In this document: positions 34,381 to 45,500 of the stretch, piece after piece
Layout: each line of letters begins with the position of its first letter
How positions within the stretch are numbered: the first letter of the stretch is position 1
Origin: Schmidtea polychroa
Lineage: Eukaryota
DNA: 64,000 nucleotides
Direction of reading: 5' to 3'
Assembly: GCA_044892525.1 (NCBI GenBank)
Contig: CM097885.1
Span: 25,050,001-25,114,000, forward strand
Program-made: the position numbers and the translations under genes
Notes under the pieces: generated by a model
The model's input: only the letters and a program-made list of their open reading frames with translations
What the model was told of the DNA's origin: nothing
Databases searched by the model: none

Positions 34381-37300
34381 TAATTAATAAATTTATTTAT
34401 TTTATTATTTCATTTCGTCTTCTTATCGAAATTTTGGAATAAATATCAAATTTTGTTAATTTGGTTTTGATTTGAAAGTGCATATAATGGATTTTATAGT
34501 GCATATTTTCGGTTGCCCTAATAATTATGAATCCTTATTTTTTGAAGTAGCACCAAAATAACCTTTTTATTAAAATACATTTTTTATTATTAATTAATAA
34601 TGTACTTAATACATGTTTTTATAAAATTATCTTTTATTAATATTGTTGAGTTAGTGTTGTTAAAGTCGGTACTGACTCTGACTCTACATGCTCTTTATTT
34701 CAATTATTAATATAAGACTCAAAACAAAACACTATCAAATGTCAAAAAAATTAATAAAAAGTTCTCGATGAAACTTCTTTCGTTCTGCATTCTTATAAAA
34801 TTCGAAAGCAGGTGGCCCTGATTTGGCAATGATTTTTGTTTTCTTGTCAATTTTAATTAACACATTTAAGCTTGTTTTTCTACAATAACGATATTATAGT
34901 TTCCTCTCTTCAACAAAATAGCATTTTCCCCACAATGTCGCTTACTTTAATATTGTTGTTCCTTCCTATTAATCGGATAATTGAATTTCTATAGCACAAA
35001 GCTTTGGAAAACAAAATAGTTGAACAGGAGCTCTCTTGCCTTTGTTCAAAAATTTCGTTTCAATTTTTATCGATTTTGAAAAGAGACCTAATTTCATTAT
35101 CTTCTTGTTTGCTGCTCGGGTTTCCAAAATAACTAATAAATTATTGATTTATTTGTAATTAATGCGTATTTATTTAATATCCTTTTCTGGGGACCCATCA
35201 TCGATTTCTTATTAATATATCTGTGTTTGTTTCAACGTTCGCTATCCCTAGAATACGCATTTTGATTTTTTCAAATTTTAAATTAATTTCGGATTTTTAT
35301 AGGATTAAGAATTTTATTGATTTGCACTTTTAATATTTTGCACGTTCAAACTTATTTTAAGCTATTTTATACAAACCACAACAATATTTTAATTTTATTA
35401 GATAAACAATAATTAATTACATTAAAAACTAAAAATAATTATTAAATAAAATTGTAATATCGAATTGCCTGATAAAATGGCCACTGTATAAATTAATTCT
35501 AGGCTTGTAGTGTGTATCAATCCAACACATAATACAAAAATGTTATCGATCAAAATCCAGTATAGTTACACCAAAACGCAATAAGTTAAAGTCTAAATGA
35601 AAAAGCATAAAAGCGTCAAAATATAAAAAATAACAAATATTAAATGTATGTGTCACTAAAAAATGACGATAAATAAGGTTCTTTGACAATAAGTATGAAC
35701 CTTATTTTAAATATAAAATAGACATTACGAATTTTTTGAAGATTAACTTTATGTTTACACACCACCAATTATACCATACAAATAAATATGTAAATTTTTT
35801 TAGTTAACTTTTTTGTAGAATTTGTATCAAAAATTGTTGATTTCTACCAAGAAAAATGATTACATAAAATTTAAAAAATCAAAAACACTTAGAAATTCAT
35901 CTAATTAAAGCTTTTCATAAACATCCATTTTATTATAGTGATCTGTTTTACTTTGTTGCAGCAATATCAGTAGTGAATGCTGACTAAGATTTGATGAGTT
36001 CTAGTTAGTAGTGGATAAGTTAGGAGTATTGTTGGGCTAGAACTGACTTCTAGACCCAAAATCCTAATTGTGACTGAAATGTGTAGGTACACAGCAAGTA
36101 AAAAAGCAAAAAGTATAGCTAAATATTAAAAACTACACCAAATAAACAATGGTAATTAAAGGAGAAAGTAACAAAAAATAAACACAGAAATTAAATAAAA
36201 TTATACAAGCGCAAGAAGCTATGCAAAATCTAACTCAAAAATAACCAAATAAACATAGAGTTACAAGAAACAAACTCGAATAACTTAAAAGATGGTAAAA
36301 ACAGAAAAAAATTCCAGAAAAACCCAGAACATTCCATAAAAATGGCGATGACCATCATAAAAGCTACCTTAAACAATAAAATTTAGAAAAATAAATAAAT
36401 TAGTAATAAAAATAAAAATTCTTAAAAAGAATTTCATAAAACATCAATTAAAATAAAAATTAAATTAAAAGTAATATAGAATGTTCTGGAACCGTTCCAA
36501 ATCCATCATGGACGTAAAATTAATGAAAAATAATTAAAAATTTGAAATTTAGAAATAAAAACAAAAATTATGGCACAAAAATTGCCATTAAAAATATCAA
36601 AATCGCGAAATAGAAAATTCTGGAATAAAAAGAATTCGAGTTTGTTTTAATGCATCAATACATACACGTGTACAAAATAGGTATATATACTGACACGTTT
36701 CAGTCACAAGCATCACTTTTATGCCAATATTTTGTGAACAAAATTTTGTCAAGAAAACTAACAGTAAGTGGTTTTTCTTCTTTGAGTGATGTTCATCATT
36801 TTCAGTATTGATAATAATATTTGTATATGATTCATTAATGCAAATTATTTTAATGATTTTAATTGATTTTAACCCTCTCAAGACCTGACTTGTTTTTATT
36901 TTTTTTTGACTAATCAGCGGCGTCTTAGTGCGTCTCTATTTAGTCCTGCATTTAATATTAATTTTCAAATAACGATTTCACATGCAGACAGGCAATATCT
37001 CGTATATATTTTTTTTGTTCGGTCATCGGAGGTCGGCCACTTCATGGTTCTACCATGGAGTTGTGTCGATAAAACCCCTCCGCTATGGCTCTATATGCTT
37101 TATTTATCGGTCGACAGTGATGTTTCGACTCAACATTACAGTAGGGCTTGTCGTAGCGGTCACAGTGGGGCCGTGTAAGCAAGCATTCTTCCCGAGTAAA
37201 TGCAAACATAATTAAACTCAACACTAAAAATCTCTACAACACAAACATCCTAAGGTTAATAAACAGAGTAGAACTCAGACCTAAATTAATCACAACTCAA

Positions 37301-38143
37301 CATTCATACCTAATGTGGACGGTTGATTTCATCAAAATTCGGCCTATGCGTTGTCGAACATAGATTTGGAGATGTCCCACATAAAAGTTCTAGAAAAATA
37401 AAGATTTCCGTCAATGATTGATTTAGTAATACGGGCCTCCATAGGTGTTAGACATGCGTATCGGCAGGGTTTGGATGTTAAATTGAATTAACTTCAAGCG
37501 AACGATAAAAATACTAACCGTAGTAGTATAAAACTCCATAAAACCATGAATTGTATTTGTAGTTTTAGTTACTTTTGAAGGGAAATTCGGATTAATTATA
37601 AATGTATAAATCATAGACTTAACTTCTGGAAATTATAAATTATATTAACGTTTAAAACTATAAACTATAATCTATGTCAATTATAAAATATAAATCATGA
37701 ATGGTGCTATATAAATAGTAAATGTAACCAACCCGTAAAATACTTGTATATAAATTCATAAGTTGTAAATAGTCATGTATAAATTATATATGTATCAGGG
37801 TTATAAAATATAAGTTGTAAATAATTATATAAATTTTTTATTATAAAATATAAAGTATAGATGGTTGCACCTAACTTATACATGTATCTTGATGCTCGAA
37901 AAGGAACCCATAATTAGCCATAGATAAATTCTGTCTACGAAAATAGTAATTCTAAGTAATTATATGAAATTTTTGATTACAAAATACAAAGTATAAAGGA
38001 TTGAATATAAATTATACATATATCTTGATTTCATAAAAATAAACTATATATAAATTATAAAATTATATATAAATTTTGATCCTAAAAAATAAAGTATAAA
38101 ATGGTTATACATAGAGGTTGAGTATAAAATATAAATAGTTATA

Positions 38144-38213
<70 letters not shown>

Positions 38214-38218
<5 letters not shown>

Positions 38219-39270
38219 AGGTCTGTAAATTAAAATTAAAATTTAAATAAAATTTAGGATAATAATTCAAATGGAAAGTAAGCGAGGAAAAATGGCAAAT
38301 AAAAGCGGGATCGTGCACAGAATTAATAGTAAAGAAAAATGCGATGGAAGCAGTATTAGAAAATGCAAAAAGCAATTACGAAAGGCGAGAATCCGGAAAT
38401 CCGAGAAAAATCAATAAATGGAAAAATCATCGAAATCGAATGGGAAAAACGGGACAGGTATAGATTAGCTAATGGTCAACAAGATGATGGTTAGGGATTT
38501 ATCAGAAAAGGGTTAGGAAGGGTCGAAAAACATTCAAACGTATGAAAACAGAAAACGTTAATTAATTAATTAATTGGCTAATGGAAAACCCGAGCTAATG
38601 GGAAACCCGAGCCAATGGAGAACCCGAGAGATAAAGGAAACCCGAGCTGGGTAAACAAGAAGAAAGGCAAACAAAAGGAAGATTTGGGCCCATTAGTTTG
38701 ACACAATGATTAATGGGAAAAGAGTAAGGAGAAGATAACGCGCGTAGGAAGACCGGTAGGGCCATTAATTATCTGGATTCGTTGGACCATTATGGATGAC
38801 AGCCGAAGCAAACACGTAGGAGAAAATGTCAAACGAAAGATTGGCTCGGCAATAACCATTTGTCATCCTGATTTCGAGGAGTATATAAGCAAAGGGAAAA
38901 TCAGAGAAAATCGGCATTTTGCCTCAGCTAGGGTTCGAAGAATTAGACTGTAGGAAAAGTGGTAAACGAATTAGGGAAGTAGGGAAAAGAAGAAATAGAA
39001 TTAAGAATACGGAAAGGAGAAAAGAGATCAAACCAAACCGAAACCGAGGAAAACGAGAGTCAACAGAACTAAAGGATCAAAAGGTGAATATTGTTTGTTT
39101 GCAAAGCATCAACACCGAGCAGAGAATCGTGTAAAACTTTGATTGGTAATTGTAGAGTGATAATAAATTGTGAACCTGTTGTTTCAATATACGTTGGGTC
39201 GTTCATTGTTTTAATTTAAAGAACACCAGGAGTCAGAGAGAACCGACTTGAAATAATCCAAAACCCAACA
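38214..39270 (+). repeat. 5' LTR
   Basis: Direct repeat of 54567-55623. TATA-like TATATAA at ~38882 and AATAAA at ~39163. Confidence 0.95.
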
Positions 39271-39277
39271 TATATTC

Positions 39278-39295
39278 TGGTGAGCCCGACGTGAT
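39278..39295 (+). promoter_or_regulatory. Primer-binding site, tRNA-Trp type
   Basis: TGGTGAGCCCGACGTGAT differs at one position from the classical tRNA-Trp PBS TGGTGACCCCGACGTGAT. Confidence 0.8.
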
Positions 39296-39551
39296 TGAAA
39301 GTCGGAGGAAAAAATTATTGGAAGTTAGTGAAAAAGAAATTATTAAAAAAATTTAGTACCGACGCGATAGAGAGTCGGCTGAGAATCATTGAAAGTAGTG
39401 AAAATTTGTGAAAATTGTGCTAACGAGATTATTAAAGGCTATTATTGGGAGATTTGAAAGAAGTTGAAAAGTAATTTTAAATTATTGTTTAACGTTTGAA
39501 GTTTAGCTCAAAGTGAACCGATACAACCTCAGAAGCCAGAAACAAGTCCAA

Positions 39552-42500
39552 ATGGCAAATGATAATGCTGTTATGCCTCTCAATAGAGAGATGATTGATT
39601 TCGCAAGTTGCCAGAAATTACCCGTCAATCAATATGGAGGAGACCCTGTTGAATTTGCAGATTTCATGGGAGATTATTATATGTACGCCTCAGCATACGG
39701 ATGGACACAAGCCATTATGGTTCAGAGATTCCCACTCTATCTGAAGGGTGCGGCAAGAGAAGCCTGGCAGCAAGTCGACAAACGAAATGTTGGCAATGAT
39801 TGGACAAAATTGAAGGATGCAATGGCACTGAAACTGGTTGGTGGAGATATCAAAAGAATCATGCGACAGAAATTTTATAATCGAGTTCAAGGTCCAGATG
39901 AATCGGTCAGTGAGTTTGCTTATCATCTGACCACTTTAGCAGATAAAGCCTTTGAAGTTAAACCAGACCAAGCAGATATGGCCAAGCAGGTTAAAGAGCT
40001 ATTAGAAGATCAGTTTATAACCGGAGTCCACTCCGAAATCAAAAAAGCCCTATGTTATGTGGATTTTTCCAATTTTGATGAGCTCGTGAAGAAAGCCATG
40101 AAGATAGAGCTGAATTTAAAAAGTGCAAAAAGATCAGATGCTTTTGGAGTTAATGTGGAGAGACGTGAGCGATCAATTACGCCTGTGAGAGCACCATGGG
40201 ATGAAAAGAAAATAAATCAGATCAGTAGTCCAATTTTGAGACCAAATAATAGATTTCAAGCCAGTAGATCAGCCATGAACGTACAATCAAATGGACAGGT
40301 AAATAATCCTCAATGCGAACATTGCAAAAAGTCTGGACACTACTCAAATCAATGTTGGTTCAAATATGGGAAAAATCCCAGCCCTAACAAGAGATTCACA
40401 GAAAACAAACGGATCAGCAGTGATGTCGAATGCTATCGATGCGGAAAGAAAGGGCATATTAGCAGAAACTGTTTTACCAGATCAAGGTCATCGTCAACGT
40501 CACCTTCACCACAAAGGGACAAAGTGAATACAAATGGACAGATCCAATGTCATTCGTGCAAGGGATACGGCCACATGGCTCGATCATGCCCAAGGAACTC
40601 AGAAAGATTCAACAGACCTATCTTAAAGAAATCAATCAGATTCCAAGAAGATATGCCAAACACCAGTAACATGACATATGCTCAGAGAGAGGAATTTCAA
40701 GACAAAATGGAAAAGGAATTTCGAGAAATGCGACAGAAGCTAAACAAACTAGTGGCGAAATTTGAATCAGATGAGGAAACTGAATCTCATATGATAATTG
40801 GAACCGTGTCAGAAGGTGAGGGAAAACCTGCCACGAAAGTGCGAAAGATCTCTTCAGATGAGAATCCAACTGCACTGTTAGCCCGAGTTGAAAAATGGCT
40901 TGAGAAAATGGAAACTGACAACTCCCAGTTGAAACGATGGATCGCAGAACTCAGTGTGATGTCACTAACCCAAAGCGAACTAAAGAGAGCCATAAATTTA
41001 TGTGCAAAGTTATTCAAAGGAAACAGAGACGATGAGATACTTAAACAAATGCAAAAGTTTGGCAAGGCTTTACGGTTAACAAGGGATTTAGCTGATATCA
41101 TAGTGGAAACGACGGGACTTGATAATGTGAAGTGCCAATTCCGTGTAAATGCCTACGGAAAAATCAGAGAGTTAAAGGAGCGAATCCTGCGTCAATACAG
41201 TGGATGGCAAGTGCAATTAAAATTCGAAAATCGATGTCTGGAAGACGAAGAGTACTTAGTAGATTGCGGTCTGATACCAGGCTGGAAAAATAAAGTAAAT
41301 GTTATTAATGCTGTTAATACTTTGAATTCAGACAGACGAAATTGGGAAAAGATTCTAGCAGATTTACAAGATACCCTGTATGCAGGGAATAGAGATAAAA
41401 TTAATGCGAGTATCGACTTCATAATGAGCATCGAAATGGATCGAGACATGAAAGAAGGGTTGTTTGAATGCATCGTACCGTATACGAATAAACCGACGAG
41501 TTATCAGGCAAAACTAAAAGAGGTAATCCGAAAACTAGGACATGATTATGAGGCGGCAGACGATAGTGCGAAGTCTTTGATAATAGCGTTAAATATTGCG
41601 GATCAAAGGATTGAATATTATCAGGAACATTGGAGTGTAAAAGCAAAGAAAATACGACAAAAAGCAGCGGAGATATTAGGTAATGAAGGAATTATCGTGT
41701 TGACGTTCAAAGGACGAGAATTGGATGATGACGAATATTTATTAAACTACGGATGTAACCCAAATTGTATTAATAATGTGTACGCAACAAAACAAAGTGA
41801 TGAAATGGAAAGAGATGCGGTAATAGTACCGTTTTGGCCTCTATATGAGGAAATGGATAATAATAATGTGGAGATTAAAACTGAAGTTGTAGATGACCCA
41901 GGAGAAATTGATCAAGAAATTAATGAATTGCAGAGATTAGAAACAATGGAAAATGAGGAAATGGGATCGGAAAATGAAGTTGCAAGGGATATCGGGGAAA
42001 TGAGCACCGATAATAGGGTACTACCGAGCATAGATGAGATGAAGAGCGAAGAGAACTTCGTTGAAACGAAAAATGACATTGCGATATGTCGGAAAAAACA
42101 GAATGATGCGGAAATTGAATCTTTGAGTTTAGATAAATCGAGCGAAACTGAGCGTTTAGATGAATCAAACGAGACTGAACGAATATTAAAAAGTTTAGTT
42201 ACGGAATTGTACTTGTTAGATGAAACTGAAACAGAAGATGATACTTCGGAGGGGGAGGAAAGAGTTGTAAAAAGATTGGCAACGGAATTAAAGAGGAGAT
42301 TACCGTCGATAATTAAAAGAAATTATGAAGAAAAGGAATTTTGTGAGGAAGCAGTGATTGAGGACCTAACACGAACTGAGTTAGATCGAGATGTAATATT
42401 GACAGCGTTAGCCTATATAATATTGGAGATTGGTATTTATGGTTGTCTGGAAAGTGACAGTTCAAAATCATTGATAAAGAAAGCTACGGAAATGACGAAT

Positions 42501-45500
42501 AAATATTTGGCTAGGTGGATCGCAAACAATGGCGGATGGGAAAATTTGATACAAAAGGCTGAGAGCCCAAAAACCGAGACAGTGAGGAAAAAGGGAAAAC
42601 TCGCATTTCCATGGTTGATGATTTCTGTTATTATGTTATTGGGAATAATAAACACGACGAATTCATTGGTGGCATACGACTGCTCCCAAACCGAAATGGG
42701 AAGAGTATATTCGTTGGTAAACGTAGCAGAGTGTTCGGATGCATATCCAGTAAAATTTAAAGTGACAAATCCAGTAAAATATTATGTATATCAAGAATCG
42801 GGATTTCGACGAGCAAAGGTGAGAGAGTGTACAGTGAAACGAACTACTTTTGTATTTTATTGTGGAAAATGGAGTCACTCATCGATGGTGAAAATGCAAT
42901 CGATACCTAGACCGATAGAAATAATTCCAGAGAATTGTTTGGCAGCCTTTCAAACAGGACAGTTGAAAATCAATGCAGATCTCAAACTACAAGCAAAGCT
43001 TAACCACAAAATCCGTGAGACTGTAACCGTGCGAGGGATAATAAAGTCGAATGGTGATTGCCAAGGCGAGCCATACAAAGTAGACGATGCTATAATGGAC
43101 AAAGCCGTGGTTGTGGAAGAGTACATGTCAGAATTAAGAGAATTTGATGGATCATTTGATGATGATACTGGTAAACTACAAACACATCCATTCTGCAACA
43201 TGAAACAATCTAGCTGTCGGACAGGAGAATCAATCTTGGTGTACGATGTCGATACCAAAAAGTGCAATTTAGTGCAATTGAAGTCAATGAGTTTTAAAGA
43301 AATAACGGGAGAACAGATCAGGGAAAAGCCTGAGAAAATAAGAATGGATCCAGCAACGAGTACAACAACAAGAATCACACCTCTACGGATGAAAGATACT
43401 CCAACAGTGTTAATGTCAACCTCGGAGGAAGATGGGATGCGATTCCTGAGAAAAGAAACTAAAACAAAGTGTGGACAAAGTGTCTATGAGACAAATTATA
43501 AAGGTATATATGTATCTCAGAAGATGATTACAGAGGCCCAAACAAACATACATGCCGGAGATATTAAGTTGACAAATTACTTTAATAACAAAATAGATTA
43601 TTTATTTCACTTTGGTCAAAATACTGTTGAAAATGTGTACCGAGAAGTTATTATAAATGATTGCAATCTCAACAAAGAAATACTCCGAAATCGGATGGCA
43701 ATGGCTATAACCAATCCTAATTTGGTAGCACCAATGTTAATTGCAGAAAATGGAGTGTTCGCCAGAATTTTCGGTGAAGCACTATATAGCTATAAATGTA
43801 AAGCGGTACCAGTTAAACTGACAAAGTATGACCAATGCACCAACGAGTTACCAGTGAATTTAAATGGAAAGTTGCGATTTATGGAGCCTGTAACACGAAT
43901 CTTACTGGAAGAGGACGCGAAACCGAAAGTATTACAGTGCAATAGATTGTTAGCACCATTATACAGACTAACACCAGAATCTTGGATTGCATTACCAGAT
44001 CATCGAGAAGTAAAGACACCGGAAAACTTAGAATTGACAGAATTACAATATCTGGTAAATTTTACGTCGTTAGAAAAATTGTCGCAAAGTGGAATTTACT
44101 CGAACGAAGACATTGAGGAAGCTCGCAGAAACTTGTTATTTCCATCAAAGAAAGAAAGAGTAATAATGGAAATGGTAGATACAATTCTCCCAAGCGGAAG
44201 TGGGAAGGTAAATTATGAGTATTTGTTAACTCCAGATCATTACAAGAAAGCGACGTATAATACAATGAAAAAGATCTGGGGAAAGTTTATGTTCATTGGA
44301 CAAGCATGTGCCGGATTGATTGGAATTTATGTAATATGTGTTGTAATCAAAGTAATAATATCGCAGGCCCTATCAACACACAGATTATATGCGATCACAG
44401 GTTGGTCGTGGAAACTAGTAATTGGTTGCATACCATTATTGGCTAGATTCTTCATTACTCATCATCAATATCAGGAGTTGGAGATACTCAAGGCTCGAAT
44501 ATTAAAGAAGAAAAAGGTGAGCTACGCGAGTACAACCCCTTCAAGGGACGAGAACAATGACAATGACAACGAGGGTGATAGTGCACCGTTATATGTTGAC
44601 AATCAAGAACTAAGTGGAATGAATAAAGAAGCGTTAAGAACCTATCAAATCTTAAAAGAGCCACTGTTGAATGCGAGTAGCGTAGACACGTTTACAAAAC
44701 TGTGTATACCAAAATCATTTATGCAACCAGCACCAGTGTATCCAGTTGATCGATTACGAGAGATGAAACCAGTGGAAAATATCGCATTACAATGTGAAGG
44801 AATGGTAGGAGAGAGAATCGAGCCTTCTAGCGCAGAGATCGAGAGAAAAAATATGTTAGGCTTACCATGCAACTACTCAATGATGACATTAACAAAAAGA
44901 GGAAAGCAACCCCGAATATTTATACAAATGAACAAACATAAAGTGGAAGCTTTAGTCGATTCGGGATCTAGTCACACAATAGTATCGGAAAATGTATTAA
45001 ACGCGAAGGAAAAAATGCGAATGAAGCCTACCGGTGAAATAGTGAGGTCATTATCAAAAAATGAATTAAACATAATTGGACAACTTAACGTCATATTCCA
45101 TATTGGAGATCGAATAATAGCGCACGATGCGCTCATAATGAAGGGAAGTCCAGTACGATGTCTGATCGGCATGGATATATTAGAGCAGCTGGACGGAGTC
45201 TCACTTGAGTTAAAGACAGGTAATTTGATAGCAGGAGAAACAGGAGAAATAATTCACAGGGCAGGTGAAGTGTTTGTGAATCAGACATTGACAATACCAC
45301 CACAATCGGAGATGGTATATTGTGCAAATACCATGAGTGTGGATAATGGTGATTTTATATTCGAACCAAATCAAACGCTAGTCGAAAAATATGATTTACC
45401 GATATGTGACGAAGTTGTCAAAGTGGAAAATCAGATAGTACCAGTCCATATAACGAATAGCAGCAAAAAACCGGTTCAGCTACACCCAAAAACAAAATTG

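Larger units (their letters stand above)
14485..34520 (+). mobile_element. hAT DNA transposon (~2.1 kb net) carrying the nested Gypsy and Polinton
   Basis: Ends TAGGGCA ... TGCCCTA with 8-bp TSD ATAATTAT (14477-14484, 34521-34528). Transposase remnant at 32996-34380. Confidence 0.85.

Noticed and set aside
38919..39134. 71-aa basic ORF in both LTRs
   Set aside because: TTG start and purine-rich LTR composition; it is duplicated only because the LTRs are duplicated.
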